From assembly GCF_006345805.1 (NCBI RefSeq), contig NC_043006.1, forward strand, positions 59,768,001 to 59,832,000: 64,000 bases of DNA, given 5' to 3'. Both the position numbers and the translations under genes were made by a program. Below are positions 37,423-50,257 of the stretch, in pieces. The notes beneath the pieces were generated by a model that made no database searches, had not been told where the DNA came from, and worked only from the letters and a program-made list of their open reading frames with translations. Origin of the DNA: Octopus sinensis (lineage: Eukaryota). Position 1 is the first letter of the stretch; every line of letters starts with the position of its first letter.

Positions 37423-37609
37423 TTATATTTCGGAATGGTCATTTTGCCAGTTTAGCCAATAAAAACACACGCACTATATATTTGGTGTTATTTTGCTTCA
37501 GTGTTATTTATTTTTTACATTAATCTTAATTTTATTTCGGCCAGAGTCAGCCATTTTGTATTTGTGTTTTTATTGGCTAAACTGGCAAAATGACCATTCC
37601 GAAATATAA
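37423..37609. mobile_element. MITE with perfect 47-bp TIRs embedded in (TA)n
   Basis: TTATATTTCGGAATGGTCATTTTGCCAGTTTAGCCAATAAAAACACA at 37423-37469 is inverted at 37563-37609; a related end occurs at about 40196. Confidence 0.85.
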
Positions 37610-37701
37610 CAATATCTGTTTCAACACACGACTTCACATAAAAAATCTCGCATAACAAATATATAAATGTACTATATATACATATATTTATGTATACACA
37701 C

Positions 37702-37762
<61 letters not shown>

Positions 37763-38116
37763 ATATATATATGCATGTATATATGTGTACATATATATGT
37801 ATGTATGTGTAAAACGCACAAACGATGTCATAAATAATAGTGACAAATGAAAAATACACCACCGATTATTGTTGTTGACAAACAACGGCAGTAATTTTAT
37901 TCACCTGAATACACGTCATTGATTGGTTGAAATTACCGAAATAGGACGACTTTAACGTGAAATAACTTCGTAAATATAAGTTTTTCTCAAAAATGCTAAG
38001 AGTAAAACATGTTTTACATGACACATTCTACCAGTGTCCGAAGTTTGAAAGTGTTTAGTTACAAAAATTATTTTTTAAATCTGTCGGTCAAAAGGTAAAG
38101 ATCCGTAGCAGTAAGG

Positions 38117-38319
38117 AATCGTAACATAATTGCCAACCAAGTGTGACGTCCTATATAGGACAGTGCTCCCATCTGTAGAGATGGGAGCGACGACCTCCAC
38201 TCACAAATACAGAATGTGCGTCGTTAGCCAGCTAGAAGAGATGTCTTCCTGGGGCTATAAATGTCAGTAGCACTGTCCTGTATAGGATGCCACACTTGGT
38301 TGGCAATTATGTTACGATT
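38117..38319. mobile_element. MITE with about 51-bp TIRs and an internal hairpin
   Basis: AATCGTAACATAATTGCCAACCAAGTGTG...GACAGTGCT and its reverse complement at 38269-38319 (about 3 mismatches); hairpin GCTCCCATCT-GTAG-AGATGGGAGC. Confidence 0.85.
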
Positions 38320-38654
38320 TAATATTATTGTTCTACCTCTTCGTTCACACTTTAGTTTGTTAGAGAGGAGGCGGAAGTGGAGTGAGAGGAAGAGGGAATG
38401 TTAAAGTGAGTGAGAGAGAGCAGATAACCGGCCGATGCGTTATGCTGTCACTCATATGATTAGTGAAAGTGAGAGGTGAAGAAAAAGAGAAATGTTAAAG
38501 ACATGAAGAGAGGAATTACATAGTTAAAAAGTTTGTTAGAGGTAGAAAGATATAAAGTACTTAGCAGAGGAAAATTTCAAAATCATTTTATTGTGACTGG
38601 AAGTGAAATAACAGCAAAATAAAAATACAAATCATCGTCTTTCTTAAATAGCTT

Positions 38655-39438
38655 GGATCTTTTTCTTTTGAACGGCATATGTCAACACAATTTCTAGTTA
38701 ACTAAACACTTTTAAACTTCGTATACTGGTAGAATGTGTTTATAAAACATCATTTTTTATTGGCTTTATTGAGAAAATTCTATAGTTTGTAAGATATTTC
38801 CACTTTAAAATCGGCAATCGCTGGAGTCCATTTGGGGTGAAAACATTCCGTGCTGTATGAATATGTCCCTCCTTTAAGAAACAGATTGGGTTTATTTACA
38901 TTTGCGAAGAAAAAAAAGACACCCTTCCCCCACCTCTAACTCTAACTAGCCCTAAAACAGATTGAAATGCAATAGATCGATACTAGGGTTATAATTATGG
39001 GTGACAATTTCATACGACACCACTACGGAAAATGAGATTTTTTCTAGCGGTGTCAAATGAAAATGTCACCCATAATTATAACCCTAGTATCGATCTATTG
39101 CATTTCAATCTGTTTTAGGGCTAGGGTTAGTTAGAGTTAGGGGTGGGGGAAGGGTATCTTTTTTTCTTCGCAAATGTAAATAAACCCAATCTGTTTCTTA
39201 TAGGAGGGACATATTCATACAGCACGGAATGTTTTCACCCCAAATGGACTCCAGCGATTGGTTAAAATTGCCGAAATGCTCGATTTTAAAGTGGAAATAT
39301 CTTACAAACCATAGGATTATCTCAATAAAGCCAAGAAAAATGATGTTTTATAAACACATTCTACCAGTATACGAAGTTTAAAAGTGTTTAGTTAACTAGA
39401 AATTATGTTACAAAGTGCCGTTCATAAGGAAAAGATCC
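38655..39438. mobile_element. 784-bp palindrome built from two head-to-head copies of the 54287 MITE family
   Basis: Arms of about 380-400 bp are mutually reverse-complementary and each matches the 54.3-kb MITE; the centre is about TGAGA at 39033-39037. Confidence 0.9.
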
Positions 39439-39939
39439 CATCCTGTCTTTCTCAAATAGCTTCTCTTAATCTTTTTCTTTCTGTGGAATTTCTGTGGGTT
39501 TCACTATTAAATAATACTCTTATAATTTACTTATTAATGCTCACTACATTAAATATTTTGTTCTTTATTGCCCACAGGGGTCTAAACATAGAGGGGACAA
39601 ACAAGGATAAAGGGATTAAGTCGATTACATCGACTCCAGTGCGTAACTGGTACTTATTTAATCGACCCCGAAAGGATGAAAGGTAAAGTCGACCTCGGCG
39701 GAATTTGAACTCACAACGTAATGGCAGACGAAATACCGTTCGACTATCCGTCACAATTACCTATGGGAAAGTCACACATACTGTCACGCATTGATGTGGT
39801 TAGAAAAACTAAGGTCTCAAGTAATAAAAATAAGTAAAAGAAAAGGCCCCCTCCCAAGAAAAACCCTACCCTAAACTTATCTTCCTTCACAGTACGCGAA
39901 ATTACATGTAAGTCTGAAAAAACCTTTTGGCGTAATTTC

Positions 39940-40711
39940 GGTATAAGTACCGGAAGTACCGGATACATTTCAAGAAAGTAGTGTTAGTGGTGGGAGAAAA
40001 GGGTTTCTGTTATCTTCAGAAATGTAAACAAAGTCACGTGTGTACTTATACCGAAGGATCGCCACCTTTTTTTTATGTACATCTATGATTTCTTGTCGGT
40101 CGTCCCGTTACATACATTTTTACTACTAAACCAATCTCACAAGGTATGTGAATCTCTGATCAGCGGACTTTCGTGATAGCTATATTAATTTATTGTTATA
40201 TTTCGGAACGGTCATTTCCACCCCACCCCCAGATAAATACACGCACTAACGTATATTAATTTACTATTACTAAACTAATTATTGTACATAATTTTGGTGG
40301 CATAACATCATTAGTGAGAATACGATAATCTAGTAAATAAAATTCCGCAGGAGACTATTTTCAATGTTCACCGTTTTCACTTTCTCTTGTCTTTATCTTT
40401 GCTCCTTCTCGTTGTTTTTAATTGTAACCTTTTCGTTGTTTTATCTTCAAATATTCTACTTTTCTGTCTCGATGATAGTTAATTAAGAAATACCTGTGAT
40501 TTAATTAGAAAATACCTAGTAATGTTTCTACTTTTATATCTTTTATATCTTTCTAAATACCTTTATCTTTCTTATACAAGTACGCTACTTAATAGATAAC
40601 ATAAATAGATGACCGACAGACTAGCTTATTGATGTGACATGTACTTTAAATTACCTGACATACAAAGGTTTCAAAATAGAAAATAACATATCTGATTCAT
40701 TTGCGCATGCG
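39940..40711. promoter_or_regulatory. Cluster of housekeeping-promoter motifs
   Basis: ETS CCGGAAGT at 39950-39957, E-box GTCACGTG at 40033-40040, NRF-1-like TGCGCATGCG at 40702-40711, all in CpG-retaining DNA. Confidence 0.35.
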
Positions 40712-42992
40712 TCTAATTTACCATTCATCTTTTTTTTCAAAGCGTTCCGGTTGTGACCATCCAGTCTTTAATAGCGTTCTAACTATAACACCCTACATTT
40801 CAAATGTCAGCATGGCAAGACTTCTACCCGTCCCCCACCTCAAACCACCCTTTAAAAAAAAATCATTTTTTCGACACAAACCCCACTTTTTCGGCTACGG
40901 GGAATGCAAATATGCAAAAAATTAGCAAAAATCGGCATTTTTAAATTACCCTCCCCCACCTTTCCTTCATTTTTCACTTTTTTCAGAATTTTTTTTTTTT
41001 TAAATATGCGGAAAAATAAGAAGATTATGATTCTGAAAAAAAATTTCCAAAAATTTTAGTAAAATTTTTTTTAAGAATTTTTTTTTTCTAAATATGTAGA
41101 AAAATACGGACATTATGGATTCGGACAAAAATTTCAAATCATTTCTGTAGTTACAGTTATGGTTTCAAGGTGTTAGGGTTAAGGTTAGTGTTGGAGAAAA
41201 AAATCAAAATTGAAGAATTTGATGGGGAAAGATTTAACAATGCCGATTTTTGGCAATATTCCGGAACTTCTGTATCCGAAAACTGGGGTTTTTGGCAAAA
41301 AAAAAAAACAACATTTTTAAATAAACAAATTTGGGAGAAAATGGGGTGGGGACGGGCGGAAATCTTTCCGTCACCATTCCATTTTTATTCCCTTCGAACA
41401 ATAATTCAGTTTTTACGAGCATTCCAACTGTGACCACTATATGTTTCAAATGTGGGTATCCTGTCTTTTTTAATCCAAATCTTTTTTTAAAGGACACCTT
41501 GGATGTCTGGTGTGCATTATAACTGAAAAATGGAATGCTTTTGATTATAAATCAGCTAGGTTAGAGATAACTGGAGTTGATGTGTGTGTGTGTGTGTACT
41601 GCAGTTGCCTATGAAACAAATTGTTTCTTGGATTCTTAGCTAGAAATCGAAATCGTAGTTTAGATTTTTCTACCAGATCCTTTCCTTTTGTTCTCAACAT
41701 TACCACTTAGAAATTTGTGAGGGTCAACCGTCAAACTTAGATTAGTTTCATTGTCTAAGTGAACATTCTTGGATTAAATACAGGTTAACATAGGTTAGCT
41801 AATTTACTTCCCAGTGTTCTCTGGTTTACATTTATCTTCCAACATGTATAAATACGAACCCCTTTGGAGTATGAGGGAACAGTTTTCCCTTTTGGACACT
41901 GCATGTCTTTCACTTTCTAACAAGCAACCTCTTCTTAACATCTGCAACAAATGCAGTTACCAAAGGTGTGCAAATCCACCCCCTACCGACCACTGTAAAA
42001 CAGCCAACTGCTTACAGCCTTTTATAGTGACCCTAACATTAAATTCACAGGAAATAAAATCTGTAACAAATAACTTATACCCAAATTGTGTAGATATATA
42101 ATGTACTGTTCCATGATAAAAAATTCAGCAAAAAACATACCCAATCTGGTAAGAGATATATATTATTTATTTAAAGGACACAATACATGTCTTTAATAGT
42201 TTCATCTGTTGGGAAATGTCTCCAATATATTCATCATGCACAAACCACATATAATGAACTAAAAACATTAGAGAAGAAATGCAAAAAAACTGTAGAAGGT
42301 TAAAAAACAAACAGAAACCAAAAACATGAATTAAAATGTGAAAAGTAAAAAGGTAAAAGAGTTATCCTCCTTAGACTTTAAATGCTAAGGCTGGAAAGAT
42401 ATCAACAAGTTAATCAGGAATAGGTGGAATTTTTCGATTCTTCAAAATATATTTATACATATACTTGCAATTGCTGAAAATTTCAGACCTAAAGTTCAAT
42501 AGAAAGTTAGGGATCTTAGATCTGAACAGGATCTGCACTCTATCTGCTAAACAAAGCCTACATTTATTCAATCCATTAACATAAGGTATGGATTTCTCAA
42601 TTATTTTCTACTGAATCACATGTGGTGTTTCATTATCTTTCAAACTCCATAGGAAGGAATTACAACCGTGTTTCGTGGTCTGCTGCCACAACAGCTCTGT
42701 TATAAGATCCAGTTAGCTCAAGACATCAACAGGAGGAACCACGTCCGGTTTCGGCCCTTACTCCTCTACTGTTTTGATGTGGCCCCCCCCCCCCTCCCCC
42801 CACTTTCGGAGGTGTCTTCAGCTCTGGTGTTGAGTGCATTTTTTCTTTCTCCTTTTTTCATTTGGCCAACTTTCTTTCTCCTTTTTTTATTTAGCCAACT
42901 TAGTACCTTTGCTTTTGTCCTTATGTCAGAAGGAGGCTATGTGATTGGCATAGCAATTTTTAAATTCTCCTTCATATAATCCAATATAAGTC

Positions 42993-43105
42993 TTATCTGT
43001 TGTATATCATTGATTGCACACACTTGATGTGTTTTTTTGTTCGCCGGTTCACTGCAGTAAATTGCCTGAAGGACATCTCCCTCATTGCACTGGATGTTAA
43101 AACAC
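42993..43105 (-). CDS. Tentative terminal coding exon of the LRRC9-like gene
   Basis: gactttcag| in phase 1 gives (R)VLTSSAMREMSFRQFTAVNRRTKKHIKCVQSMIYNR-TAA. It is followed by about 1.4 kb of non-repetitive UTR-like DNA with minus-strand AATAAA at 42886, 42563 and 42166. The acceptor is weak. Confidence 0.35.
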
Positions 43106-44149
43106 CTGAAAGTCTTAGACACTATATATAGTCATAGACTGGCAATTCAGTCTGTCCCTGGTTTGATTCAGGTATGTGATGTTGATAAGCCACAAAAATG
43201 GTGAAATATCGGTATCCATCACTTCTAAATGGGATCTGAGGTGCATTGTCTCACCTACCTGTGACTTTCAGGTATTTTAACACCCAGTGTTAAGAGGGAG
43301 TCATCAAATGCTTTGTTGTAGCGAACCAGTAAACAAGCAAAATACATTCATTGAGAACAAGCAGCTTGATAATGTTTACAACACTAGCATTGCTTTTAAT
43401 TCATTACTGATCCCATGAATGGTCGATGAGCTGGTGATGAGAGAACAACCACCACAATAACAGCAACAGCAGTGGAGGCACAATGGCCCAGTGGTTAGGG
43501 CGGCGGACTCGCAGTCGGAGGATCACGGTTTCGATTCCCAGACCAGGCATTGTGTTTATTGAGTGAAAACACCTAAAGCTCCATGAGACTCCGGCAGGGG
43601 GTGGTGGCGACCCCTGTTGTACTCTTTCACCCCAACTTTCTCTTACTCTTTCTTCCTGTTTCTTGTCCTCGACTTCCTACGCAACTGCTGAGCCTGGATG
43701 CGCATTCATCCATCCGTCGATGCTCTCGGTGTCGGGGGTTGACCTGCTTTCTCTTTTGCGGGTTCTATGAAAAGCAAAAGACCACGTTTCGGACTTCTCC
43801 CATCTTGCGAGCTCTGGGACGAAGACCGTTCACTCAACAGCAACAGCAGTGACAACAATGACCAATGAGCTGGTGACAACGATAACAACAGCATCAACAA
43901 CCAATGTGACAACATCAATTGTGACAGAAGAAAGAAACAGAAGAGTAAACACTGAGTCTATGTTACTATAGAGAAACTAGAGAACAAGCAGCAACAAGAG
44001 ATCTGGTCTCCCTGTCATAACCACAAAACAGGGCAACATGCTCAGACACTACATCTTACACACCAATGATACACTGGATACACGCTATCTAAACCACCAT
44101 CCAATCAGAACAACACAATGACTGCATAGCATCTGGCTGTGTTTTAAAT

Positions 44150-44380
44150 CCAATGGGGTGTGCCAACTGATGTGCTCTTGTGGAGTGACTGACATACACA
44201 GGATTGACTAGAAGACAACTTCCCCTTAGTGTGAAGGAACATCTCCACAAACCATACCACCCAGCGACATGTTCAAACACCAGGATACTACTGAAGGGGA
44301 TGGATGTAGTTAACTTCAGGATCACAGAGGCATACTTCATTTGGAAGAAAGTATCTGGCCTGAACCACTGTAATGAGCTG
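44150..44380 (+). mobile_element. Penelope-like element, GIY-YIG endonuclease relic
   Basis: CAN*CALVE*LTYTGLTRRQLPLSVKEHLHK...SNTRILLKGMDVVNFRITEAYFIWKKVSGLN matches the PLE YIGQT.R.L..R.KEH...EA..I....LN pattern. Confidence 0.78.
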
Positions 44381-45239
44381 GGTGCATACATACATACAAA
44401 CATATGTAACTACTAATATCCTTATTAAAGATATTCCTTACTTCTTCCTCTCTGAGGAGAGTATAGCTGGCGTATATGTAAATATTTACTCAATGACCTA
44501 TGAACCATAATCACAGCTATTCTAGAAACAGCTGTAAGAAACTTTTCACATTATTTTCTAACCCCTCATTTACTCTAATAAATCTGCAATTATGTTCAAA
44601 TTATAAATTACATACTTTAAAATGATATCACATATTTTGGTTGTTTATTTTCTCTTTCTAATCTCTGTCTATCCACTCAGTGATGACCCAATTATAACCA
44701 TTCATTGTTAGACCGATACAACACCACCTTTGTTTTAGTTGCAATTCAAGTCAGTTTTAGTGGTAAACCAGCCTGGGCATTTATAGTATATACCTATAAT
44801 GTTACATCATTAGGCAGAGGACTCTACATACATATAAGCATACACACACACATACATGCAAGCATACAGACACATACATACACATACACACAACATACAT
44901 ACATATATACTATAGCATTTGAAGGATGATGGTTAAAAGAAGATACTTTCCTTCACAACTTTGCTACCATGTGAGTGACCGGTCAAAATTTAATGTAAAA
45001 ATTAAAAAGAGAAAGAGAGCATACATACATGTATGCATACCTATATACATACATAAGTACCTACATGCATACATATTTGTGTAGGCATGGCAGTGTTGAT
45101 AAGAATCTCATTTTGCAACAGTGTGGTTTGGGTTCAATCCTACTGTATAGCACCTTGGGCAAGTGTCTTCTAAAGTCCTGAGTCAACCAATGCATTGGGG
45201 ACTGTGTGGGAGTATATAAGCCAATAATATATCATCATC

Positions 45240-45625
45240 ATCATCATTTAACGTCCGCTTTCCATGCTAGCATGGGTTGGACGATTTGACTGAGGACTGG
45301 CGAACCAGATGGCTGCACTAGGCTCCAATCTTGACCTGGCAGAGTTTCTACAGCTGGATGCCCTTCCTAACGCCAACCACTCCGAGAGTGTAGTGGGTGC
45401 TTTTACGTGCCACTGGCACGAGGGCCAGTCAAGCAGTACTGGCAACGGCCATGCTCAAATGGTGTTTTTTACGTGCCACCTGCACAGGAGCCAGTCCAGC
45501 GGCACTGGCAATGACCTTGCTCAAATGTTTTTTCACATGCCACCAGCACAAGTGCCAGTAAGGTGATGCTGGTAACGATCACAATTGAATGGTGCTTTTT
45601 ATGTGCCACTGGCACAAAAGCCAGT
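45240..45625 (-). mobile_element. RTE-tail non-autonomous element (family D); copies at about 2935-3190, 7100-7340, 10300-10495, 10850-11000, 12575-12780, 13365-13510, 22660-22860, 49270-49485, 57930-58290, 59690-59890
   Basis: Shared GAGTGGTTGGCGTTAGGAAGGGCATCCAGCTGTAGAAA...CCATGCTAGCATGGAAAGCGGACGTTAAACG(ATG)n. The same motif begins right after the RTE ORF at the window end (63940-64000). Confidence 0.88.
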
Positions 45626-46199
45626 CAGCTGCTCTGTATGTCTGTGTATGCATGTTTTTGTGTCTGTGCTTGTCTCACCTCTCCACTGCTGTACAAGTAG
45701 TTATGTATGTATGCATGTACGTGTGTATGCATGCATATATTTGTTTAAAGATTCCCTTACATATCTTAGAATATCTAATTCCCAACTGATGACTTTTTAG
45801 TGGTTTTTGAAATTCACAAATTTGTTTTCCTAAAGATGTTCAGATTATATTTTTAAGTGTTATTTTCTGGACCCAAGGCAAACACATAACCACATGATTC
45901 ATATTTACATACTAGCTTAAAAGCTGCACTCCCTGTGGACTTTTAAACTAGCTCCTGCAGAGCTAAATAGCATGACTATGATACGTCTATAATGACTATA
46001 TGCCCCGTTGGTGTTTGATCAGAGGTTAAGGACAGATGAGAATTAATTCTGTAATGCAATCATTCTATTGTTCAAGTCTCAAGTTGAATTCCAATTGTTG
46101 GCCAATTTATCCCCAAATCTCAATGTAAAATTAACGAAGCAAATGTCATTTATCTCCACTTTGATCTCTGAGTGGGAAAAAAACTAGCTTTTATATACT

Positions 46200-46800
46200 T
46201 CCTCAACAACAACAATCTGGAGAAGTCTGTTGGTGAACTTGACCTGTGTATTATTGTCAACAGCAATCTGCATTGGGCAAATCACATCTCTAAGATTGCC
46301 AAGAAGGCTGAGGGTGTTTTAGGATCACTCAGTAAGTCCTTTGTCAGCTACTCTCCAGCTATCTATTTAAAGTTATATATGACTGTGGTACATCCACATT
46401 TAGAGTTTGCATCACCAGTCTTAAACCTCTATCTTGTTTGGCATTTCAATCTCCTGACAGCTGTTCAGAAACATGCAACCAAATACCTGTCAGGCATCTA
46501 CCATACTTCAAATGCCTTTCTTCCCTGGGCATGGACACATTAAAGTTCCAGTGTTAGGCAACTGACTTGGTAGACGCTCACAAGATTACCCACCATCTTT
46601 CCAACAATATCCTTGGGCACCTTTTTGAATTCCATATGTTTAACACCCATGGACAGGCATACAAAATCAAAAATCAACACAGCACCCATGGATTTCAAAA
46701 ACATTTTTTCATGCTCAGAATCGTTGAAGCATGGAATAAACTACCTGCATCAGTTGTTAGCTGACAAGACACTACATCCTTCAAAATGTCCATGTTTTGT
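46200..46800 (+). mobile_element. CR1-clade LINE 3' relic
   Basis: ELDLCIIVNSNLHWANHISKIAKKA, LKLYMTVVHPHLEFASPV, AVQKHATK, THGQAYKIK, FQKHFFMLRIVEAWNKLP. Confidence 0.88.
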
Positions 46801-47519
46801 AAAATTTGCCAACAGTATATCTGATGCCTCCACCTCCATTTTTTTTTTTGAAGACTTATTCACTGTTCACTTTCTGTGTATATTCTATGTGCTGTTCATG
46901 CAATTTTGGTTACTTTTCCTAATGAGTTGTAGTGCACCTGAACACTACACAATAAGCTCATTATTATTATTTTTTATTATAAGTTGGTCAGCAACTGAGG
47001 CTAGTTGAGTTTATTAATGTATAAGTTGTCTCTCCCTTCACTATACACTTCCACCTCACCAGAGCCTTCATCTACCTCCCAAGTGCCTTTATTAACACTG
47101 CAGTTCCAGTCTAAACATTGACTGCTATAGCTTAGGCATTCCAGTATTGTTGGTCTTACTGCCTTGCTTTTCATACTGACAACTGCTCAGACCACACAAT
47201 ACAGTTGAACAAGATATACCTGGACAATTGAACAGGATTAGCACTATATTGTGCTGTTCTCACATCTTATGAAAATATGTTTGCATGTGTGTGTGTGAAA
47301 AGATATTCAGAATGAAATAACAAAAATAGCTTTAAAAATAGATAAAAATAGAACTTTAACAGAATAAATACAAAAAATTTCATATCATTTAATGCTAAAA
47401 GGACTTTTGAAAGACCCTGTCTATATGTGTTTCTTTCTATCTGTCTGTATGTCTATCTATTTTCCTTTCTCTCATATATATGTGTGTGTATGGATGTATG
47501 TGTGTGTGTGAGACAGCTG

Positions 47520-47860
47520 CTATATCGACGTGACTTGAAGAAAATAGAATGTTTCCGACAGCACAAACTTCACAGAACCATGAGGATTTGATGGAAGGAC
47601 TATATTACCAATGAAGAGGTTCTACTCCAGCCCAGACTGTTGACATTGAAGCTACCATAGCACAACACAGCCTCCGCTGGTTGGGACACACACCATACTT
47701 ATGTCTCAGATATGCCGCCTCGCCTCCTTTGTCAACTCATCTTAGTGGAGTTAGTCTTAGGCACCAGACCATATGGAGCCTCCAAATTCTGTTTCCAAGA
47801 CCAGCTCAAGGCCACTCTTCTCCACTGCTCCCTTGCCCCATAAACTTAGAAGACAATCAT
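47520..47860 (+). mobile_element. RTE (BovB-like) LINE 3' ORF relic
   Basis: YRRDLKKIECF, WKDYITNEEVL, IEATIAQHSLRWLGH, FQDQLKATL. Confidence 0.8.
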
Positions 47861-49175
47861 CAAGGACCATCCAACCGGTGATGGTTTGTTTAGTCCCTGT
47901 AACTTATCATTTCGGCAAAAAAAGACTGTTAGAATAAATACCAGACTTTAAAAAAAATTCATTCAGTAAAAAATTCTTCAAGGTAGTGCCCCAGCATGGC
48001 TGAAATAAGTAATAGATAAAAGACATACATATATATATATATATATAAATCATTTTATTACAGCTGTGATGTTGTTATTATAAATTGCACATAATACTGT
48101 TAATTTAATGATACCTGTCTATACATTACAGGATTTCTGGCATGAATACTAATAGATATTAACAAAAATAAAATTTTCAAATGAAAATTGTTTTAAGTTC
48201 TTCAATAATTTTTCAATTTCTTGTTTTTGCTGATAAAGACTTTACTAATGCTTGTTGGTAGAAATATTCTTAAAAGTTGGTTGCTGTTTCAAAAAGGCCA
48301 AAGGAAAGTAATAAATTTTAAGCTTGCTTTGGTAGTTTCAGTTTTTTAAGCTAACAACAGTGAGTCCAGTTTAGTCTGAAAACGATAAATGGAAAGTCAG
48401 GTGAATTATATTGTGGATGGGTGTACAGACAACAGAAACAAACCTTTTAGTAGGCACATAGCATGCTAGAGATGCTCTCTAATTTCCCTCAAATCACATT
48501 CTATTGTCTTAAAAAGGGATGGGCACAGTGGATAATGTAGTTCTATATGCCTTTTCTCTAAAAACAAATACAGAATGGGCACAGTGAAGTTCCATCAAGA
48601 CTAAACTTGAGTTATCAAGAACAACAATGACAACAACTGCTGTGTGGAGGCGCAATGGCCCAGTGATTAGGGCAGCGGACTTGCGGTCGTAAGAACGCGG
48701 TTTTGATTCCCAGACTGGGCATTGTGAGTGTTTATTGAGCAAAAACACCTAAGCTCAACAAGGCTCCGGCAGGGGCTGGTGGTGAGCCCCGCTGTACTCT
48801 TTCACCACAACTTTCTCTCACTCTTTCTTCCTACTTCTGCCACAAAGCAGAGGCACCATGGTGTGGTAAACTTCCAGACCCTAGTCTAGATTGCAAATCC
48901 TCTCTACCCCATTATGGTTCCGTTTACGGAATGAGGATAACAATGTAGCTTTCATGCAACCACCAGTCTATCACATGTGGTGGGTGGATCTTCAAGTTGC
49001 CACATGCATTCTTAGTAGTTAAGAGTAGGCTCGAATTAGAGATTATTCTTTATGGCTAATAGCATGAGTCCTGACTGGAAGGAGAAGAAGAAGAAGAAAA
49101 CAGCTGCTGCTGCTTCCCCTCCTCCTATTACTACTACTACCAGCAGCAGCAGCAGCCAATGAGAAGCCTTTAAGT

Positions 49176-49866
49176 CAGGGGTGGGGAATCCTGCGCCCAC
49201 AAGCCCATTTTATTGCGCCTGCAGGCTGGTATACTTGTATGTACAAAATATAGTAAATTTTTCAATTATAAAATTTATTCAATAGCCTCATCTGGCACCT
49301 GTGCCGGTGGCACGTAAAAAGCACCCACTACACTCATGGAGTGGTTGGCGTTAGGAAGGGCATCCAGCCGTAGAAACATTGCCAGATCAGACTGGGCCTG
49401 GTGCAGCCTTCTGGCTTCCCAGACCCCAGTTGCACTGTCCAACCCATGCTAGCATGGAAAGCGGACGCTAAACGATGATGATGATTCCTATGCCTATTTT
49501 CAACATAGGTTGCGTTTCTACTATGATTGAACAGAAAAATCGGCCGGTAATTGTCATTTGAATGGAAATTTTATTTTTACTATAAAACATACATTACTAG
49601 GTTTGTACCGCCCCCTTGAGACCCAACTACATTATCTGAAAAACATAGAATACCTCAAAAGTAATATAAACGCCCTAAATTCAGTGACGGCATTAATGAA
49701 AATGTTACACATTAATTTAATGTGTTAAACTTATCTTTATCAATGTATATATACATAGATACATACAAGGTTTACACAGATATAAGAGTTAGAACTTGTG
49801 ATCTGCCTGTGGACCTTTTACTTTGGAAATTTTTGCCTGCTGCACTAAAAAGTTTCCCTACCCCTC
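49176..49866. mobile_element. hAT-type MITE with a nested family D element
   Basis: Termini CAGGGGTGGGGAA and TTCCCTACCCCTC; 8-bp TSD CTTTAAGT (49168-49175 and 49867-49874). Confidence 0.88.
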
Positions 49867-50216
49867 CTTTAAGTGGTCACACTATCTGCTAAAAGTAACA
49901 GTCAAATTTTTCTCTAAATACATTCTGGTGTTCTTTTTTGTTTTCTTTTAGAAAAGTTAAGAACATGTATAATGCTGTAAAATGTCTGAAACAGATCCCC
50001 CAAAAAAAAAAAAAAGAAAAAAGAATTGATGGAACAAGTTTTGATTATGTGCCTGTTGGATCAGGAGGTGAACTGGAACTGGAGTTAATAAAACAACTGC
50101 AGGTCACACTCAGTTGTTCAACTCACTACCTGCATGCACCATAGGCTTGTCCAATAACACCTGGCTCAGGATGATCCTACTGCTGTCACTGCTACTGCTA
50201 CTACTACAACTACTGC

Positions 50217-50257
<41 letters not shown>

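Noticed and set aside
36999-37862. YIYI/VCVC-rich ORFs
   Set aside because: Translations of dinucleotide microsatellite.
42937-43122. 61-aa ORF MSKTFRCFNIQC... as an independent gene
   Set aside because: No homology recognised; the phase-compatible reading of this exon uses a different frame.
48115-48148. 34-nt exon-like segment with AG and GT borders
   Set aside because: Open only in phase 2, whereas the upstream exon ends in phase 1.
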